Assembly (NCBI GenBank): GCA_905331295.1
Contig: CAJNYD010000225.1
Coordinates: 1 to 64,000 of the forward strand
From: Rotaria socialis
Taxonomy: Eukaryota
Length of the DNA: 64,000 nt
Reading direction: 5' to 3'
Shown: in pieces, positions 37,067-50,150 of the stretch
Layout of the letters: the number at the start of each line of letters is the position of its first letter
Numbering within the stretch: position 1 is the first letter of the stretch
Program-made: the position numbers and the translations under genes
Notes under the pieces: model-generated
Database searches by the model: none
The model's input: only the letters and a program-made list of their open reading frames with translations
Told to the model about the DNA's origin: nothing

Positions 37067-40000
37067 ATGGAAGAACCAACAAAAGCCGATATTGACGCTA
37101 TTTTCAAACGGTTGAAAACGCTACCTGCAAATAAGGTTTGTCAATAATATTTTTATTGCTATTTGTATTTTGATTTCCATTGGATAGGCATGTTTTGATT
37201 GTGATGCTAAAAATCCAACATGGGCATCAGTAACTTATGGCGTATTCTTGTGTATTGATTGTTCAGCAAGACATCGTGGTCTTGGTGTTCATTTATCATT
37301 TATACGTTCGACTAATCTTGATACAACTTGGGGATGGCTTCAACTTCGGTATAGTTTATTGAAGTTTCTATTATTAAGTATAAGTTTTCGTTTTTGCTGT
37401 CATCTAGAGCCATGCAAGTTGGTGGCAATGCAAATGCAGTAAGAACTTCTTTTTTTGTAATCATAAAAAATTATTTTTGTTAACAATTAGGATGCATTCT
37501 TTCAACAACATGCCTGTAATACTAAAGATACACAACAAAAATATAATAGCCGTGCTGCACAACTCTACCGAGAAAAACTTCATCAACTAGCAACAAAAGC
37601 AATGAAACAATATGGAACAAAGGTAATCACATAAATTCATTGGAATTTTACTATTATTTCAAGAACAAATTGTTCTTCTTTGATATTTTTGCTTTGAATA
37701 CGTGCATAGTGTAGGTATTTCTATTGTTGATAGATTAAAAATATGATACACTACATATCTGAAGTATTTGTTATCATGAAGACTAGCGATGTAAAAGAAA
37801 CCTTTTCTTTTTAAATTCTGAGCTTTTGTAATTTTATTCAAATCAATCTCAAATTCATACGGATTATTTTCTGTTTGTCAAGCGATTAAGTAGGAAGGCT
37901 AGATTAAGATTACTTGTTATTGTGCTTACAGAGTAAATGATAATAATTTCACGTATTTTATTACCTGTAGAAATATAACAGTCCTAGTGATATTAGGTAA
38001 TGAACTTGATTGATACAGTTATACATAGAAGTTTAATTTTTCTGAAACTAATAATGAAATGCAAATCTTCAATAGCCTTTTTTACTATAGATATTTTCTG
38101 AGACTATTACGTTGAATTGAAAAATGAAGTTTCACAAACGAAATAGCAATGCTATTGATTGATAATCATAGAATCATAAATATTTAATGATGCTTATTTT
38201 ATTCTATTTAGCTTTTTCTTGATGAAGGCCATAAAACTGAACATAGTCATTCAGTTAGTGAGAAAAAAGAAGGAGATTTCTTTCATGAACATTCTCAAGC
38301 GTCAAGTAAAGCCATGTGGGATGATAATGTTATGTCGTCACAATCAAACAATCAGAATTCTGATAAAAGTAATTCTTATTAAATTGTTGAATCTCATTAT
38401 TTCTATTGTCTGTTATTCTTAGCTGAGCAACAAACAGAAGGACCCTCCGTTGATCAAAATGCATTAAATAATGATGGTTCAACAAAAACACTTGATCCGA
38501 AAAAATCGACGATAGGTCAACGTCGAGCACCGCAATCGAAAAAGGTTCATATTCACTATTGATTTCTTTTTTATTATGCAAATGGACCATCTTGAAATAT
38601 TTAGAAAGGTTTTGGCGCACAAAAGGTAACAACAGATTTTAAAGAAGTTGAACGTAACGTTCAAGAACTAGAAAAAATACGTGAACAACAAGTACATCTT
38701 GAAACAAAAACTCGTGAAGAAACCGAAAAGCAACTCGAAAAACAGATGTATGTACAATTGGAAGGTTCTGTTGAGAAACAAAAATGAATAGTTCATCTTT
38801 CTTTATTGTAGGGCTGGTCTTAAATTTGTTTATCAAGATTTAAGTACCCAACGTGATGTAGCAGAAGAAAAAATGAAACTATCCAATCCTCAAAAAGCCG
38901 AACAAATGGAACGTCTTGGCATGGGCTTTGGTAATCGAAGGTGAAAGAATCATTTTTCTTCTGTTTAATTATGTAATAAAAATTTGCTTTTGTTCTAGTG
39001 GTGTTAGCCATAGCGCAATGACAGATATGCAGACAATTCAACAAGAAGGTGTAACAACAACACGAAATGTTTCGCTTGCAACGAAGCCTAAAGATTTTTT
39101 TGATGATTTCAATCCATCGGGCTTTAGTAGTCGATCAAAGTATGAAATTCTATTTTGTTTGTCATTAGATAAACATTTTTGTTTCTATTGTTCTTCTCTA
39201 ATTATCATAGGTTACCCATAGGAGATTATGATCCATATGACGAGGACTCTAGAAAGTACTAAGATTTTGCTATCTTAAAATTGCATGTGTTTTGTCTAAC
39301 ATTCTATTTATCGATGCACTAGCAATTTTCGAGAGATACTGTTTTGATGCGAAGCATTGTTTGTAGACAAAAGTTGAGATTCATTTTCAATTTTATCCAA
39401 ATCTTCGGCAATTTCAAGTCGCATAGCTGTATATCTACTGAATTCAAACGCTTATTTACTATTCACTATGTAGAAAAGAGTAACAGCAGCTAACATGAAA
39501 ATTCTTCCAATTAATAAAAGGCTATTATACTATCAACTCTTTCTCTCTGTCTATATTTCTCTATCTATCTATCTATATATATATATATATATATATAGAT
39601 TCAATAGATTCAACAGTGCTATAAATATTCAGAAAGAATCAATACTTTTTACTTATTACTGTTGAGATTCTGCAGTTTTATAGCACGTGTTTTAGATAAA
39701 TGATGTGGTATCTGTACAAACTACTAGTGGAACCTATTTTAAAAATTTAATTAGGAACTTAGAACAGAGACAGATCATTATGAGAATGATTTCTTGTTGA
39801 AGTTTCCGATTTAATAATAAGATTTTATATTGCAATTAGAATATTATTTCTGTCAGTGATTGATCATAAATGATACCAAAAGGTACGCTAATGGGGAATC
39901 TTAAGTAAAGGTAGAACAAGTCAATGATATGAAACACTCACAATAAACTACTCTTGTTAATTATTATCTCTATGAAAAATTTTCTAGTCACAGTTAGAAA

Positions 40001-41229
40001 ATCAGTTCTTGGGATGTTCATGAATGGTATCACCGTATCACTCATCAATAGCTGCTATAATAAAACGTGTAGGACTTGAGCAAGAGTAAGCTAATGATAT
40101 GAAAGAGTTTCCCTCACAAGTAAATCAAGACAAAACATACAATTAAATATTTCCTATTGGTCATGCATTCGAAGAGCTATAATGTTTTTTTTTACAATAT
40201 ATCAGAAACTTGAAAATCTATCAATAACAAGCATAACAGTAGTTTTTGATTGAGTTCGTTTTAGCGATTTATGTTTTAGTAATCAAAACCGCTGTACTAA
40301 TATTGATGAGAAATTCTGATAATTATAGATTCTAATTTTGTAATGATCACTTTTATTTTAATTTAGATTGGACGATGATCTATTCAAACCGAAAACTGCA
40401 TCGAAAAATACAGATACATTCAGTGCAGATTGGGAAATTATTGATCGTAAAACTCCAACAAAAGATTTTGGTTCCAAGGAAACTAATAATAACACGTTTT
40501 CTTCAAATTACGGCAGCTCTAATTCTAATAGTGGTGGTTACAAGTAAACAAACGCTATTAATCCAAAAAAGAAAACAATATTTTTATTTTTATTTTTTAT
40601 TAGTTCATCGTCAAAAAAAACGACATCTTACGCTAGTGCATCGAGTGATGGCGACGCTCAAAACCGTTTTTCTAATGCTAAATCTATATCAAGCGATCAA
40701 TTTTTTAATAAAGATTCCGACGTATGCGCAAAAGCAAATGCCTCTTTTTTAAATACAAATGAATTCACATGTATTTTATTTCTAGAGTGATCGTAATAAT
40801 GTAACATCACGTTTTCAAGGTAATACAAGTATTTCAAGTGAGGAGTATTTTGGTGATCCAAACAAAAAGTCACAAGATCATTCAAATTATCATGGCCCAG
40901 ATATGGCAACTATGAAAGCAGATTTCAAAGAAGGTGTTTCCAAAGCAGCCGGGCGATTATCATCATTAGCTAGTAGTGTTATGTCCAGCATACAGGTATG
41001 AACAACACTAATAAACTTCTTTTAACTATATTCAAATATGAAATGTAAATATTTTTTATAGAAAAAATAGAGCTTTAAAAATAGAACTGGGTAAAAGAGC
41101 ATAACTATATTAAACGATTTATGGTTTGAGTTTATTATTTGGTTATGGATTTCATTATGATACATATTAGGCATGAAAAAAACAAAGATGTCTTAACTTG
41201 TTGTTTCTATTTTCTAGGATCGGTATTGA
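37067..41229 (+). CDS. ArfGAP2/3 (Glo3 family), multi-exon
   Basis: Zn finger [92 protein letters not shown]; Glo3 motifs [10 protein letters not shown] and [11 protein letters not shown]-terminus [11 protein letters not shown]. Confidence 0.93.
39574..39597. repeat. (AT)n microsatellite in an ArfGAP intron
   Basis: Tandem AT run preceded by (CTAT)n. Confidence 0.85.
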
Positions 41230-42550
41230 TATTGTTTGACGAAGAATACCTGGCATTGTTATTGTCTCCATTTGGTTTTTTTTTCTCGTTTTTTATGCCA
41301 TTCTTTTATTTCTTGGTCGATGTACAGAAAAGCACTTTCTAGCAGCAAGATCTTTTAGTGTCATACTTTTATGATCATAGTGTTTTTTCCTCTGGTTGTT
41401 TGTTATTTCTTTTGTGCTTGTTCTTCTGTTAATTTATTTTAAAAATCGTATTTGTCCTACATATTTAAATACATATTAATATAAATATACAAAAAAAAAC
41501 GAAAAAACTAGGATTTCATTTAAATACTTGATTGCCAACTAAATATATAATACAATGTAAAACTCAATAATCTTCAGGATTTCACTGATTCTTTGGAATA
41601 AATTAAATGGTTAATTTTCTTATTTTATACATCATGGCTAAGCAAAGAAAAATTTCAAAGGCATCCATTCAATAAAATGAATATTTATTATTATTTTTGG
41701 ACGAATTAAAACGCTTAGATGAACATTGATGTAGAATACAAATTAGTATCAAATTATACGATTTGTTGGCATTTTTTCCTGCAAATTAAAAATGACTTCA
41801 TATACTTTCGTAGGTAATTTTTTGATGACGACAAACTAGGAAAATGACGTGTATCACTTCAATTTTTCGAACATTTGCCAATGATCATTGCTATTCGTTA
41901 AACATTACGTTTTTTCTTCCAATAAAGAAATAGTACGTAATGAGTTAAACAACTTCATTGCAAGTAAACAGTCATAAAAGTTGCACAGAGAATTAATATT
42001 ATATTAGAGTAACCGATTTTGGAGGAAAAAACACCTTCCAAAATAACCAACCCGTGAGAAATTATAATTAAAAATTCCATCCTTTTGAGTTATTTAAAGC
42101 GTGTCACACCCTCAAGCAAAATAGAAGGTAGATAATATTGAATTACTCTGAAGGAATACATTGAAATTTCTTATGCTTCTGATTGAAAAATGATCTTTAA
42201 TAAAAAAATAATAAGGTAAAATAAAACAAAAAAAAATGATCTTTGCTTTTTCTAGGATTCTCTTAGGTGACTTGATTCATTTATTTTATTTTTTTTGTAT
42301 AGGCAGTACTCGTTTGTAAGAATAAAATATTTCTCATGAATCAACATTTACTCGTTTTAACACCAAAAAAACAACAAACACTCGACTTCAGCATTCATCA
42401 CAATTGCGAGAGTGTATAGGAGGAAAAAGTGTGTATGACATCACTATAACGAGTCTTCACTATAATATTTGCTTATAGCTTATCAATAGACATAAAAAAT
42501 ATTTTTATTTGTCGAATGCGCCTACTGCGTATTGCTCATACAAAACAACT

Positions 42551-43164
42551 ATGAAGTATACAATTAGACGAACATTTTCATTAACAAACAAAAAGTTTAA
42601 AATTATTCGTGATTCAAAGTCACTTTGTACAGTCAAAACTGCTTTTTCCAAAGAGTACACAAATCGATACGAGTATATAAATATATTTATATTGTTGTTT
42701 TCTTTTCTTCCTAGCATCTAATCTTGTTGTATATACGTAGATTTAATTTTTTCAATCGATTTAATAAGCAGATTACTTGCATTATTGAACCAGATCCAAG
42801 GCAACCACAAAGTTATTCAATTCTTTTACGTAATAGCCAAACAAACGAAACAAGTATCTTTGCTCGATTATCCTATAAACTGACTGGCTATAGTGATTAT
42901 CTCTATACGATTATTATTGGCCAAAAGTTGTATCAGGTACGAAGTTGTGATTTAAAATATCGTCGTTTGACTATTATGGATGAAACTCAAGTAAACGAAT
43001 CGTCTGCTGTTTGCTGTCCACAAATCTTATTGCAAGTTCTTGATTCATTTTCAAAATCTAATGACAAATATCATTTAATAATCAACGATACAAAATACGA
43101 ATATGGTTATATTGGTATTGTCATTTTACTTTATTTACATGAATATCAACGAAATATTTCTTGA
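42551..43164 (+). CDS. Small protein with LURP-one/Tubby/scramblase-like pattern; 2 exons (intron about 42673-42740)
   Basis: MKYTIRRTFSLTNKKFKII...LCTVK joined through a phase-2 intron to FNFFNRFNKQITC...DKYHLIINDTKYEYGYIGIVILLYLH. Beta-strand-rich sequence with a terminal hydrophobic helix. Family assignment is by pattern only. Confidence 0.5.
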
Positions 43165-46138
43165 GGCAAAAGCGAATCACGAAAAACAGTTATTTTCTTT
43201 TCTTCTAGTTGTTATTATGGTAATAATAATAAAAGAAAATATCACACTTTTTTTAATAACAAAAATGTTCTATGAAATACTTGGGACGATATAAAGAAGA
43301 ATAGATGAAATGTTTAAAATAAGAATTATTTGACATTCTATCTATTTCTTCTGATATTCTAATTTGATGATTAATCTAATAATTGCATTCATTCGTACTC
43401 AATCCTACAATTGCATTGAACTCTCCAAAAGAAAGATCTTTCTTTTCTATTGGTACTATTTAAATTCATCGTGCATGGTGAAAATACATAGATCCTATTT
43501 TTTTAAAATTGTAGTCGAAGATATTCCATATTCTGGTGAATAACTAATTTAACATATATACAGTTTCCATAGTTGAGTGAAATAAACAGTTGGAAAGATT
43601 TTCCAATGCTTGTGAAAAACAAAAAATATTCGTTTACTTCAGCAGACAAATGACACAGACATAGTAAAAATTCCATTTCTATTATTCAGTTGTTAATAAT
43701 ATATCCAATTTATCATTGTCTATTCTATGTCATGAGATTCATGTCATATTGTGAGGATTGTTCTTATTCGCTCATGCTAGTCTCACTGATATCTCACCGA
43801 TATACTAAGTTAATTATTTTTCATTAACTAAATAAGTCTACAAATTTCTCTAGTAAATAGAAAATCTAAACATATAAAACTGTGCAAAAAAAAATCTTCT
43901 GTTTACAAAAGAACTATGCTATAAATCAGCTCTAAGCCCATCAGCACTATCCAATGACATTCAAAAAAACTTCTAACAAATCAATCAAAGTATTTTAAAT
44001 ATCAAAAATATGACTTCTTATTTAAATCAAACAATGCACAAAACATTTTACTACATGTCATCCGGGTCATAAACTTTGCTCTGACTGTTAGCTCTGCTAT
44101 AGAATTCATCGAGCTTCATCAAATCATATGACACAATATCGCTAAAAACATTGATTCATTGAAAAAGTATTTCTAATAGAAATTTCTAATTTTATACGCA
44201 TAAAAATAAATCAACCGAATATGTCATTAGATTGCAGAAAATTATTCTAACACGAAATTTTTATTCGCATAAAATAATGCACATCTAATAGTGCACATAA
44301 GTTAGTTTAAAGCATGTAGCTTTTGTGAAAGACAATGATATCTGACATAGAAAATCTGTGCCGAAAGTATACTCAAATTATCATAAATTTGATTAGACTT
44401 AATTATATTGATAAATTTGAATCTATTTCGATAAATGAGCTAGTTTCAAGTAGATGTTGTACCGAACTCAAAATCAGGGTTAGTGTGCAATACGAACGAT
44501 TTCATAGTTGACGTCAATAATTTTTTCAACAGTATCAAATTGATCAAAATTTTCAAGATCTATCCTGAAAATTCGCAAAAAGTCTAGTCAATTTCTAATT
44601 TAGACATAAGATTGTTCTTTTTTTTTATATCTATATCAATATTCAAACAATCTCTCTACCGATTTCTATTAATAAAACGAAGGAATATTCGAAAAAGATC
44701 AAGAGATATTTTATTTTATTTCAAAATTTAATTAGGTATGGTCTGGAAATAGTTACTTCTATTCAATTAAAAATATATCATAATGAAAATTTATCAGTGC
44801 CGATTGCAATAATTTTTAGTAGGATAAAAATATTTTTCTCAGATTAATTATTAAAGAAAATAAAAAAATCTTGTTTTTATTTACATATCATTACCAGCTG
44901 GAATCCAGAAAAAAAGAAAAAGTTTAATTGTGTTGATAGATCGCGAAATTATACATCATGATTGAAAAATGTCATAGATGCTGTCATTTTACACAATCAA
45001 CCGTGATAAATAATTTGACGAGATCAGTGAGAATTTTTCTGTCTACCATTCGGTTATAACAAACATTATTTGCTAAATAATAAGATATACAGTGGACATA
45101 GTCAACGAACAGGAAGAACTAATGGCATCGCAGAAGCAAGCTATAAGTTAATTAATTATTGGATGAATATAATAAGTACTACTTTTTTGGTAAAAAAATA
45201 AAAACATACATATCATTTCCAAGATTATTATTAGAATCGATGAAGATACACCGCAAATACCATTGTCAAAGTACTTACATGGCTGCTTATTAACTACAAT
45301 ATAGTATATGTGAGATTATATTTTAAATGTAAAACTTAGCTATTCCATTATTCACAATATAACATGCACGCAGAAATATATCGAGCGTAGAATCAATTAA
45401 TATATTTCGAATAAAAAAACTATTGGATAATTCACAACAACAACTTTTAGAAATATTTTATTGCTGATATATTGAAAACAGTCATTAAAATGCATCCAAA
45501 ACATTGTCAATATTTATTCTATCAAGATTTGAGTATTTTTCAACCAAGGCTATATTGTTATAAATTGCAAGATCGATTATATGCACAACAGATAAAACTA
45601 ACAGATAGATATGATTATGAAAGACAATACTATCAGCAGCAGTCTAACTATTTTCGATTCATCAAAATAATCAATCGTTCATGTTTTTATTGAATCGTTT
45701 ATGAATTTTATTTAAAAGAATTAAATTTAAACTCTTTAGGAGACACATTCTTGTATAGGAGGACTGTCAACAGACTTGTAACAAAGATCAACCAAAGCAA
45801 AAAATTAAAAAAATTATCTAGCTTGTGATTTGACCTGTATATTTTTACGATAAAATAGTAGAATATTTTTAGTAGGTTTGTGACTGGAATTGCACAATAT
45901 ACGTTAAACCATAAGATCAAATTAGTTCATGAAACAATAATATTCTTGAGAAAAGTATAATCTATTTCTTGCCAAATACATATTATTTAGATTAGCAAAG
46001 ACATGAATAAATTAACCAAACGAATGAATACAAACGGATCTACAGCAGGTATTCGATAGAAGAAATACGGATTCAACGTTTTATGCCAAAAACATTTTAT
46101 GAAAAAAAAACGAGTAAAGTTTCATTTGATGTTTCACG

Positions 46139-47620
46139 TAATGGCGTATCTAGGGGTTGGCTAGGGTGGGCGCCGCCCTCTCACCGAGGAACTTTGCCCA
46201 TCCATCGATAAAAAAGATGTTTTATAAAAAACTTTGAAAGTTTTTCGATTTCCTTGCATATTAAGATTGCTCGAAATTCTATCAGCTAGTGGCACCAATA
46301 GGATACACTCTTAATATCATCCACTACAACAGAAAGAACATTCAACAAAATGAAACTCATCAAAACGAATGCACGTAATAGTACAGGATAATTTACTTAT
46401 TCTTACTAGTTATCTTCAGTTTGCTGTATTTCAACGAAACATCAGTAGTGTTTAATTTCTATATGATTTGGCAGAGCACTGACTATTACTCTACCTCCCT
46501 GTAGTTCTCATTTGATTTTTTCGCATCTTGATAAGAATGCCAAAACATGTCTATAACTGGTTAAATACAATTTTTGCGGTCGCACATTTCACTCAGATAA
46601 AATCCAATTGCTACACAAATAATTTTAGATGAAAGAGATTTGTCCAACTTAAGGTTGCACAAAGTATTAAATGAAACTGTTTTAAATTGAAGGAGGAAGC
46701 TAAACTTTACTGCTGAAGTTTTAGATACTATTCGCATGATCTCAAATTTACCTATAAAGCCCTATAACTAAATTAAATTAAAATTAGACAAATCAATGCC
46801 GTAAAGGTTGCTCTGTTCAGCTATATATTAGTGGAAAAAATTTCTATGATTATGTGACTATAATTTACTCGACAAGGATTAATAATTGAAGTTTTATCAA
46901 AAAGAATGGTTAGAAATTAACTCAATTTTCAGTCAAACTGAGAAATAAATTGAATGAAAAATAGATATTTTTTATAGGAAATGGATTCTCTATCAAACTA
47001 TATCAAGTTAGAAGTGTTCAATTGTCCAATACTTAATAATCACTCGCATTGTTTGAGGAAAACATCTAGAAATTGCATAGAAACAAAACTCGTTCTTGTG
47101 TGCTTCTCGAAGTTGACTCTCTTTCTTATTAAGACACGAAATAAATGAAATAAAAACTATAAAGTTAGATAGCGTAATCAATGCTTTGGCAAAACACATA
47201 GAAATTAAAAACTACTAACGTTCCGTAGAAATACAGCGACCTCACGAAAACTGGTAACAATAAGCGCATCGTCCTGTATGTCAGATACTAGTTTGAGTAA
47301 TTTTTCTTTGTTGATTATTGAAAGAGTTATAATTGTTGATTATGAATACATAAATGATGCATTCGCAACTCAACACTCCAGAACACTCGAATACTTTTGA
47401 AATAATTATGGTTTGTTCACTCGCATTTTTGTCTTTTCTTGCTCGCCCACATAATTTACTCAATAAAAGAATATACATATTGTTTTACGTCGTTCTTTAG
47501 GAATCAGAAAATTAGGAAACTGGATAGAATTTTCAGGAAAAAAATTAACTATTGTGGAAGCAGTTTTTAAAGACACTGGGACCACGTCCTCCCAGCCACA
47601 ATTTCCTGGATACGCGACTA
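46139..47620. mobile_element. Decayed internally deleted hAT transposon (1482 bp)
   Basis: Perfect 8-bp TSD GTTTCACG at 46131-46138 and 47621-47628. Imperfect TIRs TAATGGCGTATCTAGG / CCTGGATACGCGACTA (13/16). Remnant of the hAT C-terminal dimerisation motif STTTERTFNKMKLIKTNARNS at about 46320-46385. Confidence 0.88.
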
Positions 47621-47913
47621 GTTTCACGATCGAAACTCGTATTTTGGCGCATAAGAACTATACTCACAAGATTTTGCTGTTTGAAAAAACGGAACAACTT
47701 ATTACAAGAAAAAGCATCTAAAAATAATGTTTACTTTTCGATATGATTATCTTCCGTAATAGCTTTGACTAATATGAGTAACGTAATCCGCCGTGGTAGG
47801 TTAGACAAAATGTGTCATAGCATAGCTGAAGATAAAAACCGACGTCATTACATCTTCTTATCAAGACAGTAGAAAATATAAAAGGTACGCATCCTACAAA
47901 TACCTACATAGTC

Positions 47914-48414
47914 ATGAAGCTCTTCATTAGTTTTCTCATTATTACCCTCTTCGTTATCGATGGTATACAAAATGCACCTGTTATCCATCCGATACATGTT
48001 CAAATAATACCATTACATCCGGTAACTGTCCCACCTACGTCTGATCAAGTGACAACACGAAAACCTTTTATATATTCTGTCATCATTCATCAACCGTCGA
48101 AACCTTCGTGGTGGTATTTAAATAATTCTACTGGGTATACTCATGGAATTTCGACGGTAACATCATCTGGTAGTCATTATCATGCATCATGGTGGTATAA
48201 TTCTACAGGAAAAACTGTTCTTCGTGTATTTCTTTATGCAATTTTGATGGCTTGCGTATACAAAGTTCTTTCTAAGATTTGTAAATCAGAGAAACAAAAA
48301 ACAACATACAAGAAAAGTAATCTTCTTGTCGTAAAGAACAAAATGTGTGTTTCCACAATTAATAGTAAACAGGAAGAATTACCACCATCATATGCAACAA
48401 TTCATAATGTTTGA
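47914..48414 (+). CDS. Orphan single-pass type I membrane protein with cytoplasmic PPxY motif (166 aa, intronless)
   Basis: Signal peptide MKLFISFLIITLFVIDG; Pro/His/Thr-rich ectodomain with NNS/NST sequons; TM VLRVFLYAILMACVY; basic juxtamembrane segment; ELPPSYATI tail. TATAAAAG near 47877. Confidence 0.7.
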   Translation: MKLFISFLIITLFVIDGIQNAPVIHPIHVQIIPLHPVTVPPTSDQVTTRKPFIYSVIIHQPSKPSWWYLNNSTGYTHGISTVTSSGSHYHASWWYNSTGKTVLRVFLYAILMACVYKVLSKICKSEKQKTTYKKSNLLVVKNKMCVSTINSKQEELPPSYATIHNV

Positions 48415-50150
48415 ATATTTCAAGTAGAAAAAAAGCAAAAAATTGATTATTTTCCCATATCTTGTGATTCATTAATCTTTTTTCAAGGTAATAAAATGAT
48501 TGAATATCTCTATAGACTCAAAATTCTTTTTTTACGATACAAAGAGCTAACAAAAGACAATACTCCGGAAATAGATAACGAAATTATATAATTCATGAAT
48601 CTTGAAATAGTTTTAGAATTTATTCATTGGATTTGTATTATTACTTGTCACAAGAGAGATACATGAGCGATTTTAAATGAATAACACCGTGTTAAATTCA
48701 TTGCATTCGTGGGCAGCTGCTTTCTTAATTTTATGAATAAAAGCCAAATCATATGTCATTTCGTACGTTACGGAAGAAGACCAACGAACGATTGGCAAGT
48801 ACACTTTACTGGAAAATGTACTTCGTCTTCTTCGCGCCTTTGAATTGATATGGATTCAGACATATTTTCAAATATTTGGGAAAAATTCGCTTACTTTGAA
48901 AAATCATCCAAAAACGTGTGTTCCATACGGGATTAGATATTCAGTTAGTTGACATCAGATAAATTCAGAACGACAGAGTTAGTACAGTATCAGCACAGAA
49001 ATATTAACACGAGAAAATTAAGTAAAAGGAATAATTAACAACTTGAATTTTAAACATCGAAATTTTCAACGCAAGAGTATTCAGTATCAAGAAAAATCAG
49101 TGTATCGACGGAATTTACTGGCTCTGCAGCAATAATACACTCAGATCTAATTAAAGAGTAAAAACAGAACTACAATCAAATGTTATAACTATTTGAATCA
49201 ATGTGAAAGTGTACAATATGGTAGTGAATTTCAGGAATATGTGTGAGTATCTATGATTGGAGTATGGGACACTGTTGTTAATATCGAGATTTCTTTGAAC
49301 ATGGATTCACTGCTACATCCAACATCAATATCTAAACTCACATCCTCATTCGTATTCGCACATTACACACCCACACCCCCAACCAAAGATATCATTTTAG
49401 ATCTTCGCTACATCAATAACTCACACTCATAATCCTCACTTAACATAAATTCTTGCTTCATGATTCTATCAGATACATTCGAATTTACAATGAGTAGTAT
49501 TAAAACTTGTCCAACTGATTACAATCGTTCTAGAGTAGAAACATAAAATAAATTCTCAATTTTGTTTACAGCGTCTAGTTACTATGGTAAACTATTGAAT
49601 GCAGACGACTCAAACATTCTAATAGTGGCAAGATATGTTTGTTTGAAATGAATGTCGAGTGTGGCATCACTATCTGCGCTAATGCATTGTACAATAAAAA
49701 TATCAACCATTTTTATTTATGTTAATCGTTGTTTTGGACAAAAAGACTATGTTTTTAACAATCGCCTAACAAGCCATATTAAAAGCAATTTAAAATTTCG
49801 AAAGTTGCATGGAATATAATTGTGTCTGTTTCTACAATAATCTGTTGTACTAATTGATAAGATAAAATTCGACATCATCATATCAACGTTAGTCTATTCC
49901 CAATTACAGAAAGCAAAGAGAAATCGAATTCATCGTTAGATCTTGTAAAACAATTCACAGAAATAATCTATTTTTTTTTATGAAATTTGTGCTTCTTGAA
50001 GGCAATCGAATTTATTAGTCAAGGTCGAAAAATAGCAAGACAAAAAAATAATTTTACAGAAAAACAACAAAAAGCAGGACTTAGAATAATTGTTCGCTCT
50101 ACAGTATCTGTTACATACAATAGAAAGATGCAATCCACGAATAATATCTT

